Source: Macrostomum lignano (taxonomy: Eukaryota). From it: a stretch of 64,000 nucleotides of DNA. Numbering within the stretch: position 1 is the stretch's first letter; each line of letters starts with the position of its first letter. Below are positions 1-12,594 of this stretch, piece after piece. The stretch is from positions 62,001-126,000 of the forward strand of contig NIVC01000362.1 of NCBI GenBank assembly GCA_002269645.1. The letters run 5' to 3'. A model generated the notes under the pieces. That model had not been told where the DNA came from, ran no database searches, and was given only the letters and a program-made list of their open reading frames with translations. A program made the translations under genes and the position numbers.

Positions 1-508
1 GCAAGTTATATATCACACACTATGGCTCACTAAGCCCAACATTCAATTAACTATAACACTTTACCTAAATGTGCTGGTTTGGAGTTCGTTCTACGCTCTT
101 AATGTGCTGTGGGGACAACAGTTCTAATGTGTTTTAGGGAATCTATTCGCTCGATTAATTTTAAAGTTTAAAGTTGATTCGTGCCTGCTTGAACTAATGA
201 AATCTGTCATAACGATGATGATCTGTGCTGAGGGGATCTGGCCCGACGCAAAGAGGAACGCAAGTCATCTCATGGACATCAAATCATGTGACAAAAGAGC
301 AATCTCAGTGAGTTCGTACCATAGACTCGTACCAAAGGCAGCAGTAAGTCGCATTAAACTTAAGCAATAGGTGAGACGTTTTAAATACACAAACACATCC
401 AGTCTCAGTTCACAATACGTTTTACTTTTCGTGTATGATACTGTTTAACATTACACCAACTTGGATACTCGAGAAGAAATAAAAGCTGCCGAGCTAGAGG
501 ACCGCGCA

Positions 509-3500
509 ATGGTGGAACCGGATAAAAGTCCAAGCATTCAGTCGGGCGAATCGAAGCAATTGCAGAGACAGGACTTCGTCATCGATAGCGAACCTGAACG
601 GGAAGTTGAGCAGCAGCCGGTAGAACAGCAGCAACATCGACAAACACCTCATCAGCAGCAACAGCAAGCAGCAGAATCTCAAGAAGCAATTGTTGTCAGC
701 TGGTTTCGCAACACTGATAACATTTTAACCATGCTCACCGTACTAGCTGTAGTGCTTGGCTCAATGATCGGAGCACTGCTCCGTAATTCCAATCTAAGCG
801 ATCGAACCATACTGATAATTGGTTTCCCGGGCGTTCTGATGATGAACATGTTTAAAATGATGACCATTCCGCTGGTGGTTTCGTCTCTGATTGTTGGTGA
901 GATCGATTGAATCAAACTGATTTCATAATTTCATTTGCTCATCCTCGACCTCAATAAACATTCTTCTGTGATTTTTTCGGTGATGATTTTTAACTCAATA
1001 ACCAAGAGACCGGGGCGCCCATTAACAGACAGGGGCGCCCATTAACAGACAGGGGCGTCCATTAACAGACAGGGGCGTCCATCATGAGACAGGGGCGTCC
1101 ATCATGAGACAGGGGCGCCCATCATGAGACAGTGGCGCCCACAATGAGACAGGATCGCCCAACAAGAGACAGGGGCGCCAACTAAGAGACAGGGGCGCCA
1201 ACTAAGAGACAGGGGCGCCAACTAAGAGACAGGGGCGCCAACTAAGAGACAGGGGCGCCCACCAAGAGACCAAATATTGTCAACCCAAAAGTTTGCGGTT
1301 CCTTCAACTAAAATTGCTGTGTACCTGCCGACTTTAGAGCCAGGCTTGACGCGTCGCACTAGAAACAATATTCCATTTCAGGATTACCAAATCTTAATGC
1401 GGGACCATTCGGCAGAATCGGTCTGATCACGGTAGCCTATTACACAGTGACCACATTCTCTGCCACAGCTTTGGGCATCGTATTTGTCATGGTTATTCAA
1501 CCCGGAAGTCCGGTAGAAAAGCTTCAGAGCAACGCTGTCACTGAGATTGGCTCCTACACTGATACTCTGCATGCAATTCTTGACCTGTTGAGGTAATCGC
1601 AATTGTCTAGCTAGCGTATGTTGCTTTATAAATCGATTCAAAATAAATTAGATTGGTTAAAAGTTTAATGCATGGACTACTCAAGTAGGAGGACGGGAAA
1701 TGAGTGAGGATGCTGGTTTTCATCCTCACCTTTGTTATAGCCTTTGTTATAGCTCTATTGATATTCATAAATGCATTTATTAATACATTTATGAATACAC
1801 TTCTTGTGCCTAAAATCATTAAAATGCATGGCAAAGTTCGACTATGGTTTTATGAATCAATTTTATCATCTTTGTTACACATAGCTATTGTTACACAGTG
1901 AGCTAACAATGACAGAATAGATTCATAAAACCAATAAGCCAAGCCGTGCCATTTAATGGTTTTTAGGCACGGGACATGCGCAATTGTACGTAGAATAAAA
2001 ATTAACATAGAATCCTAATTTTCTGAACGAAAAGCTTTATAAATATCAATGGAGCTACCAGGTATAAGAAAGGCACAGCATATCAAAAGATGAGCATTGG
2101 GTCTACCTCCGTAGCTCTTATCTCCGTAGTGTATTTTTCGGCGAAAACCTGATTCTTTTTCAGCGAAGTTTTTTTCAGAAACGTAGTGCCCCGTCCTTCT
2201 ATTTGAGTAGTACTTGGTTCATTATTGCAGAAATTTGGTTCCGGATAATTTAGTGGAAGCCTGCTTCCGGCGGACCGCCACAGTTGTCACAACCAAGAAT
2301 AAAACTGTTTTAAATTCTGACAATTCTACTGGATGGGAAATAAGTCAGACATTTAAGGTCACCACTGTTGATGGATTTAACGCTTTGGGTGAATTTTTGC
2401 ATTCACTGTTTCCGTATCTTATTATACTAGGCTGCAATATGTTGAATATTAATAATATTATTGCACTTTAGGCTTGGTCTCTGTGTCCATATTTATTGGA
2501 ATCGTCATTGGGCGAATGGGCGACAGTGCTTTGCTGTTAGTTCGATTGTTCAACATAATCAACGATGTGGTTATGCTAATGCTCAGAGCCATTATATGGT
2601 GAGTTTATTGAGTATCAGATCTGTGCATCTTTCTGGGTTTATTTTATAGCCGATCTTATATGCTCATAACTAATAATTTAGCATGTACTCAAAATCATAA
2701 AGTGAGAAAATGCTCATAATAATAAAATGAGGATGTGCTCATAATCATAAAATGAGGATGCGCTCATAATCATGAAATGAGGATGTGCTCATAATCATAA
2801 AATGAGGATGTGCACATAATCATAAAATGAGGATGTGCTCATAATCACAAAATGAGGATGTGCTCATAATCATGCAATGAGGATGTGCTCATAATCATAA
2901 AATGAGGACGTGCTCATAATAATAAAATGAGGATGTGCTCATAATCATCAAATGATGATGTGCTCATAATAATAAAATGAGGATGTGCTCATAATCATCA
3001 AATGATGATGTGCTCATAATAATAAAATGAGGATGTGCTCATAATCATCAAATGAGGATGTGCTCATAATCATAAAATGAGGATGTGCTCATAATCATAA
3101 AATGAGGACGTGCTCATAATAATAAAATGAGGATGTGCTCATAATCATCAAATGATGATGTGCTCATAATAATAAAATGAGGATGTGCTCATAATCATCA
3201 AATGATGATGTGCTCATAATAATAAAATGAGGATGTGCTCATAATCATCAAATGAAAATGTGCTCATAATCATAAAATGAGGATGTGCTCATAATCATAA
3301 AATGATGATTTGCTCATAATAATAAAATGAGGATGTGCTCATAATCATCAAATGAGGATGTGCTCATAATCATAAAATGAGGATGTGCTCATAATCATCA
3401 AATGAGGATGTGCTCATAATCATAAAATGAAATGTACTAATAATCATGAAATGAGGATGTGCTCATAATCATAAAATGAGGATGTGCTCATAATCATCAA

Positions 3501-5874
3501 ATGAGGATGTGCTCATAATCATAAAATGAAATGTACTAATAATCATGAAATGAGGATGTGCTCAAAACCCAAAGGCTATATCAAAGTCGCAACTCTTTTG
3601 GTCACTACACCAAAACAGGTACTCGCCAATAGGTATTTTCTTTCTACTAGCGGGTAAAATTCTCGAAGCGAAGAATCTCGAGGCTACGCTGAGGAGTTTG
3701 GGCCTGTACATGGCCACCGTGACAGCCGGTCTGTTGGTTCATGCCTGCGTCACCTTGGCACTGATTTACCTGGCCTTGACCCGCAAGAATCCTGTAGTGT
3801 TCTTTCGCGGCGTGCTCCAAGCCTGGGTCACCGCTCTGGCCACCGCGTCTTCCTCGGCGACGCTGCCAGTCACGTTCAAGTGCTTGGAGGAGAACAACGG
3901 CATCGACAGGACCGTCACTCGGTTTGTTCTGCCAGTCGGAGCCACGCTCAACATGGACGGCACAGCGCTGTACGAGGCTGTGGCCTGCATCTTCATTGCT
4001 CAGGTTAACGGCATCAGTCTGAGCGCTGGTCAAATAACCGTTATTGCGTGAGAGAATCAACTGCAACTAAATGCGCGAAATTTAACCTGGGTGTTGTTGT
4101 GGGAACCCCCTAGGCACAGAGCTGAATTGTACATGCCTGACGATTTAGATTACAAGGGTCAGCAAACTTTTTCAACGTAAGGGCCAGATATAAAATCTAG
4201 CGTATGACTGGAGAGAGGAGAGAGGGAAAATGAGGGGAGAAAGGAGAGAAGAAAGAGGAGAGGGGAGAGAGGAAGGGGAGAGGAGGGAAGGGATATGAGA
4301 GGAGAGAGGTGGGGAGAGGAGCGAGGTGGGGAGAGGAGAGAGGTGGGGAGAGGAGCGAGGTGGGGAGAGGAGAGAGGTGGGGAGAGGAGAGAGGTGGGGA
4401 GAGGAGAGAGGTGGGGAGAGGAGCGAGGTGGGGAGAGGAGAGAGGTGGGGAGAGGAGCGAGGTGGGGAGAGGAGCGAGGTGGGGAGAGGAGCGAGGTGGG
4501 GAGAGGAGCGAGGTGGGGAGAGGAGCGAGGTGGGGAGAGGAGAGAGGTGGGGAGAGGAGAGAGGTGGGGAGAGGAGCGAGGTGGGGAGAGGAGCGAGGTG
4601 GGGAGAGGAGAGAGGTGAGATTAAAGATGAGAGATGAGAGTGTAGATGAGTGGAGAGAGGAGGAGAGGAGACCTGAGAAGAGACACAAACATTGAGCGGG
4701 TCGGATTGCTTTTGTGAAGATTCATGGACCCGAGGGCCGGATAGAGAGGCTTCGTGGGCCGCATGTGGATTTCACCGAAGGCGTTGCGCCACGGAGGTGG
4801 CTGCAGCCCTCCTAGATAATTTTTTATACATTTTAGACTCTCAGCCACTGTTGCCTCTCGCCGTTCGCTAACTGCCACCCGATGCACTATTTAGGTTCAC
4901 GGCAACCCTTGCCGCCACAGGCGCTGCTAGCATCCCCAGTGCCGGCATTGTTACCATGGTGATTGTGCTGTCGTCGGTTGGACTGCCAGTCAACGAAATC
5001 TCGCTTATATTGACAGTGGACTGGCTGCTGTAAGACCGTTAAAGCTATTATAATTTATTTAGTACATGGCAGTAATGGTTAACCATGACAATATATAATA
5101 AGCCATACTAAAATAGTTCTATTATATCGAGATAATATTATAAACGCCTGTCAGAAACAACTATTACCTGTAAGACACCTGTTATATACCTGTTCAGGAG
5201 CTTTACACCCCTGTTAAAGCCCTTTTCGACACTTGTTGGATCCTCTTTTAGACTCCCTTTTAGATCCGTGTTAGACACCTATTTAACAACCTGAAAGAGC
5301 ACCTGTTAGACACCCTGTTGGACCACCTGTTAGACCACCTGTTAGAAGCCCTGTTAGACCACCTGTTAGACCACCTGTTAGACCACCTGTTAGACCACCT
5401 GTTAGACCATCTGTTAGACCACCTGTTAGACCACCTGTTAGACCACCTGTTAGACCACCTGTTAGAAGCCCTGTTAGACCACCTGTTAGACCACCTGTTA
5501 GACCACCTGTTAGACCACCTGTTAGACCACCTGTTAGACCACCTTTTAGACCACCTGTTAGACCACCTGTTAGACCACCTGTTAGACACCTGCATGACCA
5601 CCTGTATGACCCAGCGATCACCTTCATATCCAGCGACCGTCTGCGCACATCAGTGAATGTGCTCGGTGACGCATTCGGAGCAGGCATTGTGGATCACCTG
5701 TGCAAAACCCGTGCAGCTGAACAGTCAGCGGCTGTCACTGCAGACGCTACAGACCAATTACAGACAGGTAAGAGGCAATAGTTTGTTTTTAAAACAGCGC
5801 AGATTCGATAAAGTTTCAAACACCCTTTTATTGCAGACTCTGAACTCCTCGATTTTAATGATGAAGAGGCTTAG
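509..5874 (+). CDS. SLC1A/EAAT glutamate-aspartate transporter, paralog A (canonical, EAAT2/GLT-1-like); 8 coding exons
   Basis: Exons 509-896, 1382-1592, 2231-2388, 2472-2598, 3619-4047, 4895-5029, 5634-5767, 5837-5874; all GT-AG with consistent phases. Motifs: [31 protein letters not shown] (HP1), [10 protein letters not shown] (TM7), GAASIPSAG (HP2), [21 protein letters not shown] (TM8). AATAAA at 6041. Start codon (509) and last short exon are less certain. Confidence 0.93.
1004..1270. repeat. Minisatellite, 20-nt unit (GAGACAGGGGCGCCCA..)
   Basis: About 13 copies in EAAT-A intron 1. Confidence 0.9.
2660..3565. repeat. Minisatellite, 25-nt unit GTGCTCATAATCATAAAATGAGGAT
   Basis: About 35 copies in EAAT-A intron 4. 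Confidence 0.95.
4155..4830 (+). mobile_element. hAT-like MITE containing a GA-rich tandem tract (17-nt unit GAGGTGGGGAGAGGAGM)
   Basis: Left end CAAGGGTCAGCAAACTTTTT..AAGGGCCAGATA; right arm GAGAAGAGACACAAAC..GAGC.GG..GGATTGCT...GAGGGCCG is shared with 53915-54017. Right boundary is approximate. Confidence 0.55.
5290..5600. repeat. Minisatellite, 12-nt unit GTTAGACCACCT
   Basis: About 25 copies in EAAT-A intron 6. Confidence 0.95.
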
Positions 5875-6074
5875 ACAGGATCTGCACAGACTCTCGTTCA
5901 ATTTAACTTTATGTACTGTATCAACCACTTTATCTATGATTGCTATTGAAGAAATTGAAGTTTTTTTTGTGATTGAATCTATATTGGTATCGTTAATGTT
6001 TTGTTGTGTTAAAATCTGTAGCTGAATTTTGAAACAATGAAATAAAGTACCTCGTGATTCAGATTTGTCCAGTT

Positions 6075-6565
6075 TGAAGAGGTCCAGTTTGTATTGGACA
6101 CACACAATGAAGAGGTCCAGTTTGTATTGGACACACACAATGAAGAGGTTCAGTTTGTATTGGACACACAATGAAGAGGTCCAGTTTGTATTGGACACAC
6201 AATGAAGAGGTTCAGTTTGTATTGGACACACAATGAAGAGGTCCAGATTGTATTGGACACACAATGAAGAGGTCCAGTTTGTATTGGGCACACACAATGA
6301 AGAGGTCCAGTTTGTATTGGGCACACACAATGAAGAGGTCCAGTTTGTATTGGACACACACAATGAAGAGGTTCAGTTTGTATTGGACACACAATGAAGA
6401 GGTCCAGTTTGTATTGGACACACAATGAAGAGGTCCAGATTGTATTGGACACACAATGAAGAGGTCCAGTTTGTATTGGGCACACACAATGAAGAGGTCC
6501 AGTTTGTATTGGACACACAATGAAGAGGTCCAGTTTGTATTGGACACACAATGAAGAGGTTCGGT
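6075..6565. repeat. Minisatellite, 31/33-nt unit TGAAGAGGTCCAGTTTGTATTGGACACAC(AC)AA
   Basis: About 15 copies between the two EAAT genes. Confidence 0.95.
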
Positions 6566-6874
6566 TTGTACGAGCTATTGAGCACACGCATAGTTCATAA
6601 TATATATTATACAGTGTAATATCATATTATATATTATATATATTATCTATATGATCATTGGGCACACAGAATGAAATTGATTTTTCGGGATGGAAGAAAT
6701 TGTAAATATTTTAATATTTTAAGAACTGTCTATGGTCGCACATATGGAATGGCTGGGGTAGTGGGGTGGCTCTTTAATACAAAAATAAGGCGTAATTTTT
6801 ATAGTCGACGAGATGCTTGAAGTGTTCCAAAATTTTACACAACCGAATAACAATAATTTTTTTGACCCGTCGAC

Positions 6875-9800
6875 ATGAAACGAAAAACAGTTAGTTTTAA
6901 CATTTCCGAATTAACTTCAAAACTTCGATTGGAGACAAGAAAAACGCCGGGATTGGACACTCCAAAGACATCTGGATTAGAGACTCAGACGACGCCTGGA
7001 TTAGAGACTCCAAAGACACCTGGATTAGAGACTCCAAAGACACCTGGATTAGAGACTCCAAAGACACCAGGATTAGAGACCCAAACGACACTTGGATTAG
7101 AGACCCAAACGACACTTGGATTAGAGACCCAAACGACACCCAAAACATTATTTGTACCTAAGCAAGATCGGCGATTCGGCGACAACCCAACGAGACGAAA
7201 ATCCAGACGGCGACAATCGCGGTGTAGAAAAATATTCAACAGATGCGCGACTTGCTGCTGTCAGCATAAGGTCAGCATTTTGACAGCCCTGACTCTGCTT
7301 TCAATGCTTCTGGGTTTAGCGTTCGGTTGGCTGGTTCGAGCTGCTCACCCAAGTCCACTGGCCGTTCTGCTGATCGGCTACCCAGGCGAACTGTTCATGC
7401 GGATGCTCAAGGTGCTGGTCCTGCCGCTGGTTGTGTCCTCCTTGGTCGCAGGTTAGACTCAAAGAACATCTGTTTTATTTTCTGATGCTGGCCAATAGTT
7501 TTCTCAATAGATCCTCAGACACAATATCTAGATCCTGAGACACAATATCGAGATCCTGAGACACAATATCGACATCCTCAGACACAATATCTAGATCCTG
7601 AGACACAATATCGAGATCCTGAGACACAATATCTAGATCCACGGACACAATGCCTAGATCCTCAGACACAATATCAAGATCCTCAGACACAATATCAAGA
7701 TCCTCAGACACAATATCCAGATCCTCAGACACAATATCGAGCTCCTGAGACACAATATCCAGATCCCTAGATACAATATCCAGATCCTCAGACACAATAT
7801 CGAGATCCTGAGACATAATATCCAGATCCACGGACACAATGCCTAGATCGTCAGGCACAGTATCCAGATCCTCAGCCACTTAACTTCCAGATTATCAAAT
7901 ACATCATCAAGTATTTAAAAGTTTATGCTTATAAGTTCGTAAGTAATAGGTGCATGCAGCTATAATTACTAAATCACCAGGATTGTGCAGTCTAAACACC
8001 AACAACTCAAGCAAAGTAGGCGTGTTCACGCTGGTATACAGCTTCTTGACAAACTGGTCAGCTGTCCTGATTGGCATCCTGTTTGTCATGCTAATTAAGC
8101 CGGGAAATTCCCAAATTAAGCAACAATTGGACATTGGTGAATTTGGAATTCACGGTGGCTCTAATAGGACAATTTATCATATTTTTGACTTGTTTCGGTA
8201 AGGAATTTTTCCTGTGTAATATTCTTGTAATCACTTTTGGGCTGGTTCTAAATTACCGATTGCTTATGGGTGTGTGGGAGTGTCTATGGCCAGGATGTAG
8301 TGTGCGTGGGAGTGTCTATGGCCAGAATTTAGTGCGTGTGGGAGTGTCTATGGTCAGAAGGTAGTGTGCGTGGGAGTGTCTATGGCCAGAATTTAGTGCG
8401 TGTGGGAGTGTCTATGGTCAGAAGGTAGTGTGCGTGGGAGTGTCTATGGTCAGAAGGTAGTGCGTGGGAGTGTCTATGGCCAGAATTTAGTGCGTGTGGG
8501 AGTGTCTATGGTCAGGATGTAGTGTGCGAGAGAGTGTCTATGGTCAGGCCATAGTGTGTGTGTGGGAGTGTTTATGGCCAGGCCATAGTGTATGTGGGAG
8601 TGTCTATGGCCAGGATGTAGTGTGCGTGGGAGTGTCTATGGCCAGGCCATAGTGTATGCGGGAGTGTCTATGGCCAGAATGTAGTGTATGTGGGAGTGTC
8701 TATGGCCAGAATGTAGTGTATGCGGGAGTGTCTATGGCCAGAATGTAGTGTATGCGGGAGTGTCTTTGGCCAGAATGTAGTGTATGTGGGAGTGTCTATG
8801 GCCAGAGTGTAGTGCATGTGGGAGTGTCTATGGCCAGAATGTAGTGTACGCGGGGGTGTCTATGGCCAGAATGTAGTGTATGTGGGAGTGTCTATGGCCA
8901 GGCCACATTGTGTGAGGGAGTGTCTATGGCCAAGTTAGCTCGTATAGGTACTATGTGAAACTGGCTATGGTTAAGCTACAGACTGTGTCAGCCTTTTTAA
9001 AGCGATATCGTAACCCCATTTTAGTAATTTGTTCCCGGACAACATTATGGTTGCCACCTTTAATCTAGTAGAAACAAAATTGGTTAGCGAAAGTGACAAT
9101 TCTTCTGAAGCTCGAAATAATTCTATTACTTCTATTACTCGAAAGTTCAACAGCGTCTTCGCTCTGGACACAATGCTTGTTGGTAAAAGTGAAACTAATG
9201 TGTTGGGTGAGTGGTTCCAGTGGGAAAATATGACAATGAAAATGTATTAATATTCATAAATTTACTAATTTTCTATTCAAGTTCCGGAATCTTTTAGGCA
9301 TGCTGTGCATTTCGATAATATTTGCTCTAGTTGTGAAACAAATGGGCGACAGGGCGCAGCCAGTGATTGACCTGTTCAATATTCTTAACAATGTGGTGAT
9401 GCGCTTCGTTAAAGTTATTATGTGGCAAGTGATTTGAAGTGCATGAAGGGAAGGGAGTGAAGGGAAGCGAGTGAAGTGAAGGGAGTGAAGGGAAGGGAGT
9501 GAATGGAAGCGAGTGAAGTGAAGGGAGTGAAGGGAAGGGAGTGAAGTGAAGGGAGTGAAGGGAAGGGAGTGAAAGGAGGGAGTGAAGGGAAAGGAGTGAA
9601 TGGAGGGGTGAAGTGAAGGGAATTAAGGGAGGGGTGAAGGGAAGGGAGTGAAGTGATGAGTGAAAGGAAGGGAGTGAAGTTAAGAGAGTGAAAGGAAGGG
9701 AGTGAAGTTAAGAGAGTGAAGGAAGGGAGTGAAGTTAAGAGAGTGAAGGAAGGGAGTGAAGTTAAGAGAGTGAAAGGAAGGGAGTGAAGTTAAGAGAGTG

Positions 9801-12594
9801 AAAGGAAGGGAGTGAAGTTAAGAGAGTGAAGGAAGGGAGTGAAATAAGTGAGTGCAAGGATGGGAGTGGAGGGAGGGAGTGAAGGGAAGGAAGTGAAGTT
9901 AAGGGAGTGAAGGGAAGGGAGTAAAAGAAGTGAGTGAAAGGATGGGAGTGGAGGGAGGGAGTGAAGGGAAGGGAGTGAAGTTAAGGGAGTGAAGGGAAGG
10001 GAGTGAAAGAAGTGAGTGAAAGGATGGGAGTGGAGGGAGGGAGTGAAGGGAAGGGAGTGACAGAAGAGAGTGACGCTAAACATCGAGCGTTGCTTTATTT
10101 TTCTTCAAAAAAAATTTTGATCAGGTGCTCGCCAATAGGAATTTTCTCCCTAATTGGGAAGCAAGCTATTCAAATGGACGATCCAGGTGTCACACTCCGC
10201 AGCCTGGGTCTGTACTGTGCCACTGTATCAGTTGGGCTCTTCACGCACTCCTGCCTAGTGCAGGCTGTGTCCTACTTTGTCCTGGCTAGAAGCAACCCAT
10301 TCAAGTTCTTTCGCGGCATCTTCCAAGCCTATATAACCGCTCTGGGCACGGCTTCGTCTGCCGCCACCCTTCCGATCACCTCCCGCTGTCTGGAGGAGAA
10401 CAACGGCATTGAAAGGAAAATATCCCGGTTCGTGCTGCCCATCGGAGTCACTGTGAACATGAACGGAACTGCGCTGTATCTGGCGGCAGCGACGATATTC
10501 ATCGCTCAGGTTAACGAGGTGCCCCTTGGCGCGCTTGAAATCGTAGCCGTCAGGTTCGTTGGCGATTGGGGGGCCCTGTTTGAGGCGCAGATAAGTAGAA
10601 TAACTAGATGGGCCACTCAGCACATTTGCGTGTAAGCTACTTTCAGTTCAGTAGTAAGTTAAACTGAAGCATTTTAATGTAATCTTAAAGCCACGGCTAA
10701 TTTTATTGGCTCTTACCTTCAGCTTAAACCCTCAACCGCGCCTTTCCATTCCATTCCACCCACTCCCGCCCCGCCCCAATTTTTATTGCCTTTCTCTCGG
10801 AATTCCACCCTAAAGCGGCCATGTACATTTCAGTTGGACTGGCCAATGTACATTATTGCTGAACCAATTAGCAAGCTTTTTGAGCTTCTGAACTTATCAA
10901 AGGCATTTTTAGCTGCCTTTATTTTTATAAAATGAATTCCTCTTTATTCCTCTTTGTTATGAATTCCTCTTTGCTGGTGAACTGAAAATGCTGTTTTACT
11001 AAGTATACATGCCTGAGTTGCCTATCTAGTTATTCTAGTATCTGTGGTTTGCGGTGGGTGGGGATGGGGGTTAGGCGGAAAAAGTTTCCGTGGAGGAAGG
11101 GAAAGTAGGAAAGGAGCTGGGGAAGGACTGAAAAATAAGTAAGCTGTCGAGAGGAAAATGGGAGAAAGTGTGATAAAAAGGGAGAAAAATTGAAAAAAGG
11201 GAAAAGGGGAGAAAGGGGGAGAAAAGGGGAGAAAGGGGGAGAAAAGGGGAGCAAAGGGGAGAAAAGGGGAGAAAAGGGGAGAAAAGGGGAGAATAAAAAG
11301 GAGAAAGGGGGAGAAAATGGGAGAAAAGGGGAGAAAAGGGGAGAAAAGGGGAGAAAAGGGGAGAAAATGGGAGAAAAGGGGAGAAAATGGGAGGAAAGGG
11401 GAGAAAAGGGGAGAAAAGGGGAGAAAAGGGGAGAAAAGGGGAGAAAAGGGGAGAAAAAGGAGAAAGGGGGAGAAAATGGGAGAAAAGGGGAGAAAAGAGA
11501 AGAAAAGGGGAGAAAAGGGGAGAAAATTGGAGAAAAAGGAGAAACGGGGAGAAAAAGGGAGAAAAGGGAGAAAAGGGAGAAAAGGGGAGAAAAGGGGAGA
11601 AAAGGGGAGAAAAGGGGAGAAAAAGGAGAAAGGGGGAGAAACTGGGAGAAAAGGGGAGAAAATGGGAGAAAAGGGGAGAAAAGGGGAGAAAAGGGGAGAA
11701 AAGGGGAGAAAAAGGAGAAAGGGGGAGAAAAGGGGAGAAAAGGGGAGAAAAGGGGAGAAAAGGGGAGAAAAAGGAGAAACGGGGAGAAAAAGGGAGAAAA
11801 GGGAGAAAAGGGAGAAAAGGGAGAAAAGGGAGAAAAATGGAGAAAATGGGAGAAAAGGGGAGAAGAGGGAACAGACAGAAGGGGAAAAAGAATAATAGAA
11901 GGAATTACCTGAAGAGGATGTGATGAATGAAGAAATGCTTCAATTTTAATCTTAATCACCTGCTTCAGCCTGATGGCTACCCTGGCAGCAATTGGCACAG
12001 CCGGGTTGCCTGGCGGAGCTCTGGCCACTATTTCGATGGTGGTGTCAGCTCTCGGCCTCCCAATTGACGATACCACGCTGATAGCAAAGGTCGACTGGCT
12101 GCTGTAAGCTGCCTGATTGTGCAGTCTGCTTCAAAATTTGACGCTTTTAGTACACAGCTGCTAACGCTCGTAACCCTGACTGACACTAGCTATTGACATT
12201 GGTGTTAGAGCTACTGACACTACAGAGCTACTGACACTACAGAGCTACAGACATTATAGAGCTACAGACATTATAGAGCTACAGACATTATAGAGCTACT
12301 GACACTACAGAGCTACTGACACTACAGAGCTACTGACACTACAGAGCTACTGACACTACAGAGCTACTGACACTACAGAGCTACTGACACTACAGAGCTA
12401 CTGACACTACAGAGCTACTGAGTATTGTAAGAGTTTTTACTGCAGGTACAATAGGAATTCCTTAAATTTCAAAACTGACACTTTGCAGCGATCATCAGCG
12501 CACCGCGGTCAACATTCTGGGTGACGGATTCTGCGCCGGCATTCTGAACAACATGAACCGCAGAGCGGCTGCGCAGGCGTCGCCAAGGTCGTGA
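6875..12594 (+). CDS. SLC1A/EAAT-family transporter, paralog B (divergent ion-coupling residues); 7 coding exons
   Basis: Exons 6875-7451, 7981-8197, 9025-9206, 9298-9424 (GC donor), 10125-10553, 11969-12103, 12489-12594. Intron positions and phases match paralog A; exons 4, 5 and 6 have identical lengths (127, 429, 135 nt). Motifs: GYPGELFMRMLKVLVLPLVVSSL, NLFPDNI, TASSAATLP, NMNGTALYLA, IGTAGLPGG, DWLLDHQRTAVNILGD. Confidence 0.9.
7505..7875. repeat. Minisatellite, 21-nt unit AGATCCTCAGACACAATATCN
   Basis: About 17 copies in EAAT-B intron 1. Confidence 0.95.
8268..8930. repeat. Minisatellite, about 32-nt unit GGGAGTGTCTATGGCCAGAATGTAGTGTATGY
   Basis: About 20 copies in EAAT-B intron 2. 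Confidence 0.95.
9445..10075. repeat. Purine-rich degenerate repeat (GAAGGGAAGGGAGTGAAGT)
   Basis: Fills EAAT-B intron 4. Confidence 0.9.
11155..11880. repeat. Purine-rich repeat (GGGGAGAAAA)n
   Basis: In EAAT-B intron 5; source of spurious GEK/FSP ORFs. Confidence 0.95.
12205..12420. repeat. Minisatellite, 17-nt unit CTGACACTACAGAGCTA
   Basis: About 12 copies in EAAT-B intron 6. Confidence 0.9.

Noticed and set aside
215-343. Upstream open frame with GTGAGT/GTAAGT donors as an extra EAAT-A coding exon
   Set aside because: Splicing to the acceptors near 400-407 meets a stop at 434; more likely a 5' UTR exon or uORF.
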